DNA of 64,000 nt from Fimbriosthenelais zetlandica (GCA_977030845.1 OZ365109.1:60078001-60142000), one strand, 5' to 3'. Counted from the first letter of the stretch, positions 24,780-40,100 are shown. Notes: generated by a model from the sequence alone, not told the origin. Translations and numbers: made by a program.

Positions 24780-25500
24780 GGCCATCAGAGGGCTTCATGC
24801 ATGCATTAGCATCCCTGGCAAAAAGAAACCCATTGAAATACACACACTATTCCCACTGTTGAATTTTTCAAGAGGCGGGGTGAAAAAGGGGAAAAGATGC
24901 CCTCCAAGGAGAAACAAGATGTGGCAATGACAGTGCTTTTTGGATGCATTCAAGGAAAACCTCGACCTAGCAGGTGAAAAATTGTCATATGAAGAGTGGA
25001 GGGTTGGGAGGAGAGTTGAAGGTGGTTTCTGCGGGTGGGAAAATGAGAGCAGGGGATGAATTATTCATGGTTTCTTGGCAATTCTACTCTATTACCCGGT
25101 GTTGAAAGTATGGCCACAAGTAGAGGAGGTGACCATAAGATGGCATGGGGGAGAGCGAGACAGTAGATGTGGACCTCCATGACAAATATCTTCATTAATA
25201 CTGCGTGAATATACTTGTATGTCGCCATGGAAATGAACCTTATAAGAAATGACCGCCCCTGGAGGCAATGTGAAAAGAGCTATTATCCTACCAGTATCCA
25301 GCCTGCAATTTAACCATGGCAGTTCATGGATGGAACGTGTTGTCTTTTTATGGGTGGGAACAAGAGATTTGGCAAGTATATATGCATTGAAATGGGAGAG
25401 ATTGTATCAACGTCTTCCCCATCGCTGCCTCATGTCAATGCATCAAAAGTATTAACAGGGAAAGCAAGTGCCAATGATCAATAAAGTCTTCCATAGAGCA
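24780..25500 (-). mobile_element. L1/Tx1-type RT remnant
   Basis: HGGPHLLS (RQGCPLSP-like), SYGHLLYL (YADDxLLYL-like) and FSPARSRFSLNASK (FxxxSGYKINxSK-like) in order. Confidence 0.45.
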
Positions 25501-26399
25501 TGGGTCCCTGTTGCTTTCACGTGAGAATCTACAGTGTCTGCCTACAATGCCGAGCGGTTATAAACCAGCAAATGCTCGCCAAGTGTGTGAAATGCATCCA
25601 GGCAGACGCTAGCGTTGCGGATTTTATTGCATGGCAGACCACAGAAAGATTTCTCTTCTTCTAAACAGGTGGACGTGATCCCAGCTCACTCTCACACGCA
25701 GATGTATTCATTCTATGCAATATTCATGTTTCTCTCGCGCTCTTTTTTGTCTCCCTGCAAAATGACAGTAATTCACTATAGTTCAGAGGCGTGGATTATG
25801 GAATTAAACCAGCGGGGAGGTAGCATCGTTTCTAGATGGAAAAGCGAGCCAGCAAATGCACCTGCTTTCAGGCTCCATTTGTATGCAAGGCGCTTCAAAC
25901 AATTGACAGTGTTAAGAAGTAAAACATGCTAGCGACAGTCAGGGATCTAGTCAATGTGTAGGCCCCACCCCAAATCAACAATAGCCCGGATATGAGCAAC
26001 CCCACTAATTCAGGATCAATACAAAGGATGTGGTAATGAACGGGGAATAAATCTACGAGGATTAGTCTGTTTTTATAGCTGTTTTCCTAATGGCTTCTGG
26101 CTATTATCAAAGCTTTCTCCAGAAATGTTACGAGTGTGTCCCAGAATAAATGCCCCGATAATATAATGTCTGGAATAGATTAGGTCGATTTTCAAAAAGG
26201 GTTGCATTGCAAAACATCATTAAATTCTATTTCCTTCAGTCAAATCCTCACACTTTCATACAATAACCCTAAAAGTATATTGATCAGCAAGAAGGTTAAT
26301 ATTTATTTAACCTTAATTTTCGTCTCCTTTGTTTAAGACTTAGCATAGTTTTCCGTCAGATTTCCCATCAAACAGATGGGGTCATTTGAGCTTGGAATG

Positions 26400-28200
26400 G
26401 ACAGCGCCCCTCATTAAGGTCCTCTAATGCCATTGAATCCCGGCCAACCAAGGGTGCAAACCAATTTTTCTGTAATCAGGCTGACCATTACTGGCAAGTA
26501 CCACACACTAAATCTGTTTTTCTCTCAATCGCAACTTCAAAGACGTGCCATATTACGTATTGGTCGAGAAGGGTGAAAAGGCCTAACCCCCGCTGGAGTT
26601 TGGTTGCCACCAACACACAAGGGAAGAGTCTAGAGATTAATTGGACCAGGGGTTGGTCTGGTCTGTAGGGAGTTCCATCAGGAGAGCTGCACACTTAGCC
26701 TGAGGGGTAGAACCATCCCAGCATTGGCTAACCCTGATTGGGCAAGGAGCGGAGTGGGATTGTGATGAGGCTTGCTGACAATGCCCGCTGGCGGCGCTCT
26801 CTCCTGCAGGTCAGCAATATGAAATATTTAGAGCAGGCATCAGCATCCGGCCTGTCCTTCCTCTCGCTGTACCATGATAATTTAATTCCATTTCCGTTGT
26901 CTGATTTGCGGCCGGTCACTTGCCAAGGCCTCCGTGTTGGAATAGCGATGGACAAGGTCAGCTTTTTGAGCCCAGGTCAGTGAAGGGAAATGCGTTTCAA
27001 CTTGCAATGTTGGGTATGTGACTGCGAATTTTGCTCAATCTTCCATAAGGAAAGGGTTGGGGAAGGGGGGCCCTATATCCCTAGGCTGGGTGACCCCTTT
27101 AGCTTACTCCCCTTGCTCTGGGTTATTGTAATCGTCTACATCAAGCCAAACCAGGAGCTTTGCCCCCGACCTTCCAGGTGCCAGCTTCATTACAAAACCA
27201 ACGCCCACAGGTCTTTCCCCATTCCTCCGAGGTGAAACTCCTAGAGAAGGGATTGGCCGGGATAAAAGTTGGCGGTTTGGAGGGAAGGTGTCAGGGGATG
27301 ACCCAGAATGAACGAGTTGACGAGGGAATGAAGGGGAAATTGAAGAGGGTTGCAAAGGTAATGGGTAAAGATGAATGTACTGAGGGAGGTGGTGTGAGAA
27401 TATTCGGGAAGGATGTTGCAAAATTGAGCCTGTTTTATTGAATGTTCCTGGGAAAAACGCTCTCTCAGTATTCCACCCCAAACGCTCGAGAGGTGGACTT
27501 GAGCACGAGGAATTAATCTCGGGAATACTAGCTGCTCCCCTGATGGTGTCTTCTCCAAACAACAGGCGTGCCATCCAATCAGATGGCCTGAATTTAGGGA
27601 GCATTGCATATTCTAGTCACACACCGAGGTAGATAAGAACATGCCATGGTCCAAGGAAAAGCAAGGCTCCCAGCAAATCTAGCAGACGGTTGGGGACATT
27701 TTTCTCTCCATCTTCTGTTTTAGCAACAACAGATTGATCGTTTGATAGAGTTGGAAGAGAACTTCATCACCCAGGCTTTTGCCTGTAGAAGCTGTTCGAC
27801 AAGAGCTCTTGGGTTTCCTCTTGGGATGCAACTATAAGCTGAAGGCAAGCCCATAGGCCAGTGAGTATAGAGATACAAGCTGGTTAACACCAACCTATCC
27901 AGATGATCTGTGCACACTGTGATCCCAATACAAATAGGCTCTTTGGCGTGAACGATAGGCATCTCTATTGGCTTCTCAAGCACTAAGGGGGTGATGGATA
28001 ACCGTGGGGTGACAGATTTCAACAGATATGCCTTTGGGAAAGGTGCAGCAGGTCGGCGATGGGTCACCACTTAAGAGCACTCCATCCGAGGCACTCACAT
28101 TTTGAGTTTCAGCTCACGTGTGCCGTGTTTCTCTATTGAGATATGGTGGGTCCTTGGCACGTAGGAGTCTCTATACACGTTTGAGGGTTTCTCCCTGAGC
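26400..28200 (-). mobile_element. DIRS-type retrotransposon remnant (RT/RNaseH/YR)
   Basis: ICIGITVCT...PRGNPRALVEQL (RT tail), NTERAFFPGTFNK (RNase H RAxHIPGxxN motif, ~27430-27470), RKSDNGNG and DGTPY (YR-like). All are degenerate. Confidence 0.45.
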
Positions 28201-28249
28201 CCCCAAGTCAAGCACTCAAGTGCCATTTCAATTATGACTAAGCCATGTT

Positions 28250-29350
28250 ATTTCTAGACACACTGAAGCAAGTAAATCCCCTTTTTGTATGTAAAGGAAA
28301 AGGTTTTTCATACCTTTCATTTATATTTCAATGCTGGTGCCAAATACATGATGTATGGGCCCGCGTTACTTTAGTACATGTGGTAGACTGCTCTGCAATG
28401 ATGACATCTTTCAAGATATCCCATATAGAGGCCCTCTCTGAATTATAACATCATAGTAGTATCAGTGTGGATATCAGGGGAATATGAGTTATTACTGGCC
28501 CAGCTTTGTGATTAATGTGGGAGGGAGACCAGTGTGAGGAAATAAAAGTATAAGGGAGGGCTGGGATGGTGTGTTGATGATGATGCCTATAGGGTCTTTA
28601 GTGGGCCTGTAGGGAGACGTGAAGTGATTGGTCCTGCTAGAAGCTCTCTACTATCTGATAATAATCATCTCGTGTTTTGTGAAGCCTTCATGCCATCAAG
28701 TACTGCTTGGGGAGTATACCTTTCACAGCTAATAGTGTATTATCACCAAGCTAAAACACTGCCTTAGGACAAGCTTCAAACCCCCAAAAGCAAACTTCGG
28801 GAAGCCATCGACAAGAGAACGAAATGCAAAACTAATTACTAAATCACTCTTCTTTGGCATTTCACTGGGAAGGCTCTCCCAAAAGGCCACGGGGCAATGG
28901 GTGGAGATAGAGGAGAAGACATCAATGACCAAGATGTCTCTAGATTCATCACAGGAATGTATTACTTCCTGGAATACAAATAGATATACCAGGAATCCCT
29001 CTAGTCATGATTATCACTAGTAAAAATATCTCCAATTTCGTAAGAGATTCTTTGAACAGCGATATATCTTTTTATCTTATAACAAGTACACTCAGCATAG
29101 GGCGATACGTGTACATGTATATAGTGCCAGACACAATGGAGTTTCTTTAAAAGCAAAAATAATTGTCATATATCCCCACTTCATTTCCGTTAGTACCACG
29201 TATAGAGCTCTATATGTGTGTCTCAGCTGAAAGAAATTCCTCTAGAGATCACAGAAGCACAGGCGATATTATAGAAGTATGGCATAGGATATAGTTGAAG
29301 TATCACAATCTGTATATAAATTTCCAATTAATGTCGTTACTAAAAGCGCC
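28250..29350 (-). mobile_element. L1/Tx1-type RT N-terminal remnant
   Basis: EMPKKSDL....FRSL.DG...A..GLKLVL..LVI resembles IPKxxD....YRPISLLNxDxKIxAKxLxxRLxxVL..II (28729-28932). Confidence 0.5.
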
Positions 29351-30429
29351 ACTTTTTAATATTGATGAATTTACCTAGAACCACTATGGTTAAAGGTATT
29401 ATGCCGATTAATTATCTCTTGTATTCCCATGTAATTATATGTACATGTATATATGTACAGATATATATATATTGAAGGCTTATAGACCATTGAAAAAAGT
29501 GCTGACTACCACCTTTCTGAAGTAGTCATCCAAGAGCATTGAGGAAAGGAGAGGAAAGGAATATCTATCGATTTACCTCAGCCTGTGGCCAAGGTGCACC
29601 TTCGCCACATTTATGTGCACAGTAGGAGTACTCCAAATTGAGATTCAGTGTGTGAGGAGGTCTTTATTATATATTCTACACTGAGCTCTAGGGTCGGAGA
29701 TCACCTTCACTAGGTGCCCCTGGGCCCCGGGATAAGACACAATGCATATCTGGCCTGTCTTTGATGTGTGCAGACGCTAAGATCACAACCAATCATGACG
29801 TTTGTTAATGCCATAGAGGACTGTGTCCCTGCCCCAGGGAGGGCCCCCAGGCTCTCATTTCGAGCAGTTGTTACTTTGCTCGCTAGTTGACAGTGTAGAG
29901 CCCCAGGCAAGTAGTGGGGGAAGTATCTCTCTACTGTGTACCTCTTTCCTGTACCTCTTACACCTTTTTTTTTCTTTTTTAAACAATTTTAACAGTGCTC
30001 TATTTTAGCCAATTACCGCTATAGCTGTGATGTATACAGCGTTTTTAGGCCGTTGGTTCTCATTAATTCATATAATACATAAAATTGTATTCGCATGGAA
30101 ATCAATGTGACTCTCAACCTGACATTTATTTATGTATACAATGATATTAGGGATAATGTCATTTTCCCCAGTTCTACCCTCATATTATCTGTTACTCTGT
30201 TTTTAACCTGTATTGTTATTTTTTTTCCTTTTGGTTCCTTTCCACCTTTCAATCATTAATTACCTTTTTAGGTTTTATGCTTTCCACTATAGTTTCATAT
30301 TGTCCACATTCATAGCCTTCAATCCTAAATTACTACACTGTCATGCGTATACATACCGAACTCCTCCCACTTCAAAGTCAGCTGACTCCAACATTTCTTT
30401 AAGCCTTTACTTTCACTTTGGCCTTTCAC

Positions 30430-30680
30430 GGAACTGCCCGTTACAACTCTAGCTCCTCCCACTTCTCATCTATTCCACCCACAGCCCCACCCTTTCCCTC
30501 TCTGTCTCACCTTCTCCTTTCAGTCCACGATGCCCCTTGTTTTCTTGTCCCGCTCCAGTTCCTTCCCCCACCCCACTCCTCTTCCCCTGCCACTTCTTCC
30601 CTTTCCATCACACCTAACCCTGGCCTTCCCCCGTCTTCCCCTCCTACACCTCCCTATTTTCGCCCACCCCTTCAGACGTG
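30430..30680. repeat. Pyrimidine-rich (C/T) low-complexity tract
   Basis: Long CT-dominated stretch that produces a spurious Pro/Ser-rich ORF. Confidence 0.8.
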
Positions 30681-32559
30681 ACAGTTAGACATGCTCGTCA
30701 GACGCACCATCAATCATGACGGCCTAAAATAAAATGATGTATTACAACTTCCCATCCCACCCACCAGCTTAATTTTTTAAAGAACACCACCGGCAAGTGA
30801 TGCTCGTACACGACTCACACCTTTGTAATTTCTTTAAGGAAACTACCCCTTGGGTAAACACGAGCATTCCAGCTCACTATCTCAGAATACTTTAGCTAGC
30901 CTGTCACTCCTATAGACACCAAAATAGATCCCTCTAAGCATACAAGACTTATTATGTTCTTATCAAAGTGAACCATCTAAAGAATTTACCATACATTGTC
31001 AATTTTCAGTGCTCACTTCTACAAAAACCTCGTTTTATACTTACACGTAAACCACCTTAAAATGATTGAGAATCAAACGATTTGGAATAATACTTCTCAA
31101 GCGTGATAGTGCTGCATAAGACTTTGATCTTAGAGCGACTTTAGAAGATGAACATTTTCCTGAGCAGAAATTCATTTTGATGACTTAAAGAGGATTTTCT
31201 CTAGCGATAAAATAACAGGTGAACTTTCTATTTAACGTGGGAGATTCGGTGGCGGGTAGCGCTTTGATGGTCTGTGGCGATGCCGTGGAACAGTAGGGGC
31301 ATCTGGTGGTAAAAGCCAGAACTGCGTGTCTAGGGAGGGATACCTTGGCTATGATACAGCAAAGAAGGGAAAGAGTGATAGGGAAAGTATTGACATTCTC
31401 TAGGACATTATCAGTTGTGCCATTATTGCTTGCCTGTAGATCTATCTGTATTTCTCAACATTCATCAGTATGTCCCTCATTATTTCTCTATGTAATGGAT
31501 ATCCTCCTCCTTTCATTGTTCTTCCTCTTTGCAATCCATCTACTAGATCCATCCTTCCGCTCATCTATTTATGCATCTACTCTAGCTTCTATACATCTAT
31601 CTTATCAGGACTGACTACAAAGCTATCTTAGAGCAAGCATCTTTGCACCAAAGGAACTCCAGGCTGAGTATTCACATCGGACTGGATCCAATCTGCATGC
31701 AGCTGGGGCAAGACTCAGTCGTCCAGGAGCCCAAAAGGAATATTAGCAATGCTAAGTCTATGGCTAATAATAATATATATGTTTTGAAACAGGCTCCTGG
31801 TGACCCACTATATCATGGCAATCATCAGTATTTGTTTTCAAATCCCGAATAAATGCCAAAGAAGACGTTTTACAGACCCCAGCTTTTAAGTCTAGATATA
31901 TAGCCTATCTAGTCTTAGTGTATATATAACCACTGTGCAGTATATTTGCTTCCTCTATAGTGTTATCTGTTTGTCTCTGTGGTCAGACACAGCCTTGGGT
32001 ATCAAAGCTCATTTGTCAGGTTGGGAGAGAGAGGACGATCATTACCTTTTGTCGTGGACCGCCCATACCTCCATGAATCTCCTGGATTAAGGTGAAGTCC
32101 CCCACTACCTAATCCATCACATCCCAGAGTTTGCTTCTCCAGCCCCGGGGGCCCTCCTTCACGAGCTTTTTACGGTTGTCTATGGATCCAGAAGGGGTCC
32201 TCACAAAGTGGCACAAGAAGATAATGCCCATAGCTATTGAGCTTTTTTAAAATATATATAATATATGACTAATCATTTCCTGGTCCACTATTGTGGATAT
32301 TCTTGTTAAATAAAACTAATAATTTCATGTAAAATATACACTGTAAATATAAATTACATGGGGGTCCTGTAAAATGTCCAGGACCAATTGGGTTCAGTTT
32401 TGTAAAATCAGTTAGAACTGTAAAATAAAATACATGACGCTCTCCTCCCTGTAATTCTTACAAGGAGACTAATCCCTATTTTACAAGGAGATTATCATGT
32501 GATTAATCATTATAGGCTAGTCGTTACAAATTAGTTCTCTGTGACACTGGAAGTTTGAC

Positions 32560-34290
32560 TGAATCTTTAGGCAGAGGACTGAATGTCACTGCACGAGACC
32601 AATAATCTTCTTGGAGAAGACCCAGAGAGCATTCTAGATCCACACCTCCCTAGATTTGAACATATACAAGAGGAGGAAGTAGAGGAGAGATGCAGCTCCA
32701 ATTTTGTAGGTTTCGGGCACCGAGAAGTGATTTTATTGTCAAGAAAATGGATGGGTTCGCCAAGATGATGCGACATGCTTCTACCCTTTAGAGGCCATTG
32801 CAGTGCAGTTAAGGCTAGGCTCGTGGATAAGGCGGGTAAGTGGCCCTCAAAGAACCCCCTCCTAAACCTCCATGATAAAGGGATAACCATCCCATTCCAG
32901 CATAACAATGATATCATGATTCAAAGGCGGTATATCAATAGAGCCAGTGTCCTATATCAGATAACAAAAAGGCGAATATCAAACCGGGGCATTAGGAAGT
33001 TAGCCTTTGATTGAGGGCATGTTTTATCCCCTATATATACAACAATAGACAAGCCAGTGATTTATGACATGTATGCGTATCATATATTATGATGCATGTG
33101 CAGGGGGGATCTGATGCAAGAGTCTTTGAAGAAGGTTTATAGTCGCTTGGAATATATGAGGTGGATGATAGTGCATTGCATATATTGATGTAGTTGATGT
33201 CAATGGCACTGGCCATCCCCATAGGACACGTTTAATAAATGATATAGCCCAGTCTGGTGCAGGGACCAAAAAGTTATTGATTGTCTGGAAAAATGCCTCT
33301 ATCACCAGCGATATTTAATATTTAAGTCATTTTTCCGCCAGCCACAATGCATCAATCTATGTCGTCACGTGGGCAGGGCGGTCGACTTTAATGTTGCTGA
33401 ATAGTTTTTTTATGATTTCATATATATAAGCTGTGAGGGAGCATGGTAAGAGGGCTATATGTATGATATGGTGTAAGGTATACATAAGTTATGTTAGCGA
33501 GTATGAGTTATTACCTTGTCTGTATCTACGTGTAAAATACACTGACACATGTGCGAGCTTCAATTGTATATTGTTGGGTGCCAGTCTCCTATCATCAGGC
33601 CTACATATATATGGCAGAAGGCAATGAATCATCACTCACTATCTATCATTCCATGACATATTCTATCGATCCTATGCATATGTTAGCAGTTCACTTGATT
33701 ATATTATATACCATCCAACAAACATCATTTATAAACTACCAACTCCACCCTCAATATAAGTGAAGGAAGGGTATTTGTGATAATATAATATAATGTACTC
33801 TAACATATATATCCCTGTTGGATGGTCACAACATATGACTCTGTTGACCATGTGTCCAATCGATGGGAGGAGTTTCCCCCCGTACGGTCGCTCTGGATAT
33901 GTATTGATACGCGGGCAAGAGCCCGGGGGGAGATATCTCCATCGACATGCCCGTCTCACTGGAGATGATTCTCCGGTGGGGGGAAGGGAATGACAGGGAA
34001 TGGCAGGCCGCCCATATCCTCGGGCTAACGTATAACACAGCGCTCACATTCCGATACCTCCTTTTTATGCTGCTGTGCAATATATCTCCTGAAATGTGCC
34101 AAGGCCTATACAGATCAAACCCCGCCCCTGTGATGCCAGGATTAAATGGATCCCCTGTAATGAAAGTGATGCCAGCACAGCAGGCGGAGATGACTATTAG
34201 TGTAATTTCATTAAAGAGGAACTCCCAAACTGTATGATGGATAATAGCCGTGTTGGTAGGGCCTTTGTTATTAAGTGGGCACGACATCTA
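32560..34290 (-). mobile_element. L1/Tx1-type ORF2 remnant (endonuclease + RT)
   Basis: FITGDPFN and W..CH..SF.S (APE), then INNFLVP.PDW..FIKR, AIDI, KTLASDP, QR..CP.LIF and ISLLCWNGMVIPL (ISLFADDM-like) in order. Confidence 0.55.
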
Positions 34291-34449
34291 AAAAGACGTC
34301 TACTCATTTCCCCAAGGGAAATGTGCATCTCATCATATGATTTAACCATCTGAGAAATTGCAAGGCCGGTGGAATGAAGGGGGCGCTATAAGTGAGAAGG
34401 CAATTGCCAAGCATATATTGCCAGTTATTCACAGAGGAAGGCAAGGCTT

Positions 34450-35330
34450 TTTTCATCAGAAACAAGCTCCTGTTGAAAGTTTATTCTACAGGATGAGAGG
34501 GCCGATTAATGGCAGCTCAGAAGGTCAATGAGTGTGCTTTCAGCATATGGTAAATGATAGAAGGTTTTATAGGGGTCCTAGGGACGGCAGGCTACGGTCG
34601 TTTTCTTCCATTTGATGGCCGTTTCTAATTGTCCTTAAGTGGGATTGACAACCTTCGCCTGCATCAATGTCCAGAAATCATGTACTACTGGCTATCAGAG
34701 CATCCACAGGAGAGCAACACAAGGCGATATGGAGAGGTTGGTGTGAAGTGAAGCGGGCTTATCACTGCTTCTCACCACCCCCACTCAGCCCACCATTAAT
34801 GACCTTTATTGTCCATGCTCAGCAAATGGTCCGACTTGTGTTATCAAGCTTCATTAGGGCCAGAGATAGGTCCTCCTTCACTGAGCTCCTCCCTGTAAAA
34901 CCTCCATCCCCCACTGGCCCTCCAGTGACTAATTTAAAAGGACCGCGGCTCCCCTGGCCAGACTCGCTGGTTTATGGAAGTGCAATCGGTGTGTGGCATT
35001 AATGCGCTGTCTGTTGGGACCTGGGACCGCCGCTCCCCTCCCTTCCCCTCAAGCGACCGGTCACAGATCCAACTGACATTATCACATTCATCTTCCCTCC
35101 ATCCTCCTCACCTCCTCCTGGCTTAGCCTGGCCCCCAACCACAGCCTACCACCCACCAAGGTGAAAGCCCCTATCATGAAGATCTAAGGAACTGACTGAT
35201 TCCCCTTTTCACGTCCCATTTGATGCAGCAACCTCGACCAGCTGATAGCGGGGCTAGTGGAACAATAGAGGGATATCTTATCTAATTCCTCACGAGACCA
35301 ATAGGCAAAAGCACTATTGAAGGCAAACTT
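34450..35330 (+). mobile_element. DIRS-type remnant (RNase H end + YR N-terminus)
   Basis: GIDN..MSR followed by RASTGEQHKAIWRGWCE...PPPLSPPLMTFIVH, resembling the STRxxYxxxWxxF...FIxHL start of DIRS YR. Confidence 0.45.
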
Positions 35331-36699
35331 GAAATCGGGCGCACTTACAATGATGGCGGTTTTTACCTCTTCCAGAGAAGCAATCTTGGAAGCCAGAGAG
35401 CGGGGATGCCTCCACTAAGTGTGGATAAAGGAATAGCATGGTGATGCATTGCTCCACACACATTGCCCTGATAGGATACTTTCAGTTGGAGAATTGATTT
35501 CGGGATAACGCAGGCAAATACTGGAAAAAAATAAGCAACCAAAACTAATTTCAACCATCTAGGAATCTGTGGGGAATAAATGAGATGCAGCCGTATAAAA
35601 TAAACTATGATTTTAAATTATTTTTAAACACCCAAGCTTGTTTCCCCGCACGCATTATCGCAAATCTCCAATCCACTTTATACATGTATAATTATAAGAA
35701 AGTTAAGGTTGCACTGTTTTGGTTGCTAGGAAGACTGGCATTTGATATGGTATATCTCTCAATAAAGAAGAGATAAGAATGATAAATCATCCTGAATAAA
35801 GCACTGCAGGAACCACTCGAGGCTGGTCAGATGAGAACATAAATATCTAAGAGTAATTACATGTTGGTCATGTCTTCCACTTGATCACCTTGGAAGGAAC
35901 TTTCCCCCGTTGGCTTGGGAGATAATGATGGTGGATGATTTGGATGGTATATAGCATCTGATCCCGTATACCTAGATGCACTAAACAAATAGGGGGGGGG
36001 GGTCATATGACAAACAACTTAAATGAATCTCTCGCACGTGAGAGATACTATAAACATTATAAGATTGAATAGGTATATGTCTCAGGAAAATAATTATTTC
36101 AAATTGAAAGCTGAGGAGTTTGATATTGAGATCAAATTTTAGCTTGATATGAAACAAAAAGGATTGTCGCTGGAGGCAAACTTGCTCAACTTACACTGCT
36201 AAAATATTGCACATTGTTATGAAACAAATCTGAGTTGAGAGTGGGAAGACAATGATGACGTGGCTATTTAAAAGAATTTTCGCAGAGATATCATCTTTCT
36301 CTGCAGTAATTTTAGCCAAAGCTGTCTCGAAATCAGAACATCCTATTGGCATGGGGGAAAAATTAGCCGAAAATCCTGGAGCGGATACCCTTGGTTAGTG
36401 TTATGGTTTGCTGTGAAAGATGAGAAATAGTAACGGAGCCAACAGTAGCAACATCCGCATTGCTGCGGTGAAAAGTGATGGATACAGATAGGTGAAGGCC
36501 GAAGCTTCCTGATGCAAACTGAAAATTTAGCGAAGTGTAAATCCAAAATCTGGACTTTTAATGTGTGAATTGTCGAAATCTGTAATTTTCTCGAAAGATA
36601 TATATATAGTCAAGATTATATTACATTTTGTGAGTGTTTTTGGTTGGCAGGTATTGGAATTGAATAATACAATCATGTATTATGGCGGGCAGTGTGGGA

Positions 36700-37330
36700 G
36701 AGATGGTCCTGCTTTGTTTTTAGGGTGACACTCAACATACTGGGAATATACAGCAAGGGGTATTTCTTCTAGAAAGAGGAGTGATGCAGTGCCTCTCTAT
36801 AATAGTCTAAGGCCAAGTATTCTGTCTCCGTATGAATGGAAGTCAAGAGGTGATGTGCAGCTACCTGTTCTCTGAGGAAATTGAGAGCAGACCTTGCATG
36901 TGGCTGAGCTATATGCTCCAAATGAAGAGGGACAGCATAGTGGGACTTCTCAAGCCTGGGTCACATACAATACCTACACCACACATCACCATTATCTTTG
37001 GTTAAAAGAAAACTTTTATCTCTTCTTTATCTCCACATTCCATTATCTTTATGGCTCCAGTTAATGAGTGGAGTTGTTTTCCTAAGAGATCTCCCATCTC
37101 ATTAGGGAAATTTTTACATCTATAGCGAATAAATCCCTTTCCATTTAATGTAGGAACAATTTTCTTTGCTCTTGCAACAGGGATCGTCTGAGTATCTAGA
37201 TAACTTAATAATAAGAATGACTTGAAAATATAGATATGAGCAAAAAATGAAGATATTTTCAGCAATTTGGTTGTTATCCTGAAGATGAATAAACAAGAGC
37301 ATGTACATGCATGTAACCCTAAACCGCTAC
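36700..37330 (+). mobile_element. L1-type endonuclease remnant (sense)
   Basis: LHVAELYAPNEE matches the NIYAPN motif (~36895-36930); degenerate SRID-like segment downstream. Confidence 0.5.
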
Positions 37331-39679
37331 TTTTACATTGGATTTGGGTTTAGAATTCCTCGAGCCATCCCCCATATAAAGACCCTTTAATGTCTTTTCC
37401 AAACATGCATAGCTATATATCCATGCATTTAGGTCATGGTATAAAAACCACATGGCTTTTAACATGCCTAGCCAGAAGCATTAACCCCAGCATAAAAGGT
37501 AAGATTGTGTTAAGCCAACTCATCCAGATGCGGGCTCGGGGGGCTTTTAGTTCTCATGAAGAAGGGCATAAGAGACCAAATGATGGAGACCAGCTCCCAC
37601 ATAAACACTTACATACACCCTGTCCACCTCTCATCTGCAGGCATACTGCATAAACCGCATAGAGACGATGTTAATTATTTTCCTATGATATAGGAAAGAA
37701 ATATTTCCTCCAGTGCAACATATTATAAATGTTCTCCCTATTTCACATATTTTAAATACACAATTCCATGCACACAAATATGAGTAGGTATATGAAAGAA
37801 AAGAAATATTACACTGATGTTTTTTGCGTGTTCTCATATTTAAGTTTCTGTATGAGGTAGATGAGGAAGACATGCAATACTTCCTGCAATAAACCATGTG
37901 GAAAAAAATTCCAGTGTATGAGTGGCGAGGCGGAGCTACATGAGATGTTTTTGAGAGGTCGCCAGATGAAATATGGAACACTGGACAGGAAGGATGGAAA
38001 TTGGGCTTGAATCATGTGTATTGGTAATGAAAGGCGGCCAAATGCCAACACATATTTCCGCAAAAAACGAAAGGATCGGATACACGAGTGTAGTTATGCC
38101 AACCAATTTGCAATTACAATGCCTGCTATATGATATTCATTATTCCTCCTCGGTGTAACAAAAAGTCCTTTCATGAATAGTCCAACCTTTTACAAGTGTC
38201 TTAAAGCTTCTCGGTTGGTTAGTCTTCCCAGAGTGTGTAGTCGTTTATAAAAACGATTTGCCTTATTAGAACTAGTGTGCATGCTTTTCTAACTTAATAA
38301 ATATGGCACCTTTTTCCCTCCAGTATTAACTAATTCACCATGACTCCCTGACGAATAAATCGCCACTTTGGTGAAAGGTCTAACTCACAGCAAATTATCC
38401 CATTGGTATTTAAGTAAACTTAGTTTTTGCACTATCAACTTGTTGAAAGTTTTTCTCCCAAGGTACCTCCCTGGTGATAGGTCATACATTATGTTCTTGA
38501 CTTTTCTAAAAGCCTATAGCAGGGGTCGTGTCAGGCAAAGATAGTATCTTTTCATTGCCTTTTTTTGAGGCATGGTGATTCGTGAAGAGATCAATATCAG
38601 AGTGTCACATATCAATTCTGATAATGCATTTATCCTATGAGATGCTTCAGGACCATCTTGTGTAAGGACTTTCATAATGTGCAGAAAATATATTGGGGAG
38701 GTAAGGGAAACGTGTATATATGTCCGGATTTGCATTCAATATTATTGAAAACCCCCATGGTTTCTCTTGTATGAGATGGCTGGGAGACTGCATTGAAAAG
38801 CCCCTTTTGTACTGGGTCTTATCGCAGCGTCAGCAAGGGAAGGCACTACTCATATTTCAAGAATGGCTCTTCTTTAATACCCAGCAAAAATATGTCATTT
38901 TGAAGGTTAATACTTAGGGAGGGAGCGAACATTCACACAAGCGAGTGAATGAACATCACTCTTTAACATTGCCTGTCGCCTGCTGAAGCAAAATGTCTGT
39001 TCCCACGCCCGTCAATACAAAATTGTTCACTTGAATGTGCAGCCCAGCTTATTATGGGGGATAAGAGAGGCCAGCCATTTCAAAAGTGCAGTACTTCTTG
39101 AATGAACACTTCACAAGTATAGGTTTTCCAGGGACCAATTTGCTCTGCTGCTATTCCAATCATGAAACACGCAAATTCTCAAAACCCACAGATGTTGTCA
39201 TCTCTTTCTGTTCATTTGAATGAAAGAGAATTGAAGGAAATGAACCGACATAGAAGTACCTATATATCTATAGTTCTCATTCCACAATGTTAAAAGGTCA
39301 ACCCTAATGCAAAAGGTGGAAGATATGACATATAGCATAATATAATATGACATCATGAGATATAGCATATATAGATGTGTGGAAAAGAAAAAGCAAATTG
39401 AAGATATAGCCTACTTAGAAGGAAATGCCAAGTGTGGCTGCAAAATCAAAATCATGTATGTCCCTATAAATTAAACTAATTTTCTACACGAGACCAAAGG
39501 ATAAAAAATGACCATAATATGTCTTAATGCTTGCTGAGTGCTGAATCAGTAGTACCTTTCTGCGTCACGCAACACGAGAGAATAAGTTGTGTCCCACTAG
39601 CGGAATAATTGTAAGGATCCATCTATTTCCCATGAGGAGCAGAAGCCTGAAGGATAGCTCCTAAGGGTCAGATACCTTA

Positions 39680-40100
39680 TATATTCAAGCAATCCTGAAT
39701 ATATGGTAACCTCCCTGCACGACACTGCCCCCAGCCCACTTGACGGCTGTCCCTACAATAGGTCGGCCATCTTGCTTTAAGCCTCCAGCTGGTGAATTAA
39801 TTTTTTTCTGGCTTCCTCCGATGCATCGGGACAAGGCAAGAAGAAGCCTGGGTGAAAAATGTGAATGGAATAAGCGGGTAATATGTCTGAATGGATATGA
39901 GTGTGGACCACACTTTGTCACAAGCACGCTATCTCTGATGAAATACGGGCGAACAGGATGGCCTACACCCTCAGGTCCCAAGCCTGGCAGACTGCAGTCA
40001 GGGGGCTGTCTCCTAACACAATTCTCCATTTCAATCAGTGATACAAATGCCTGCAGGGGAAACCGTACATGACAAAATGTTGTCAATAGGAAGAATGCGG
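39680..40100 (-). mobile_element. L1-type endonuclease C-terminal remnant
   Basis: CVRRQPP..S...VRPYFIRDSVLVTKC...SHFSP resembles DxWR..HP...SRIDYF.S..L.....C...SDHSP. Confidence 0.4.
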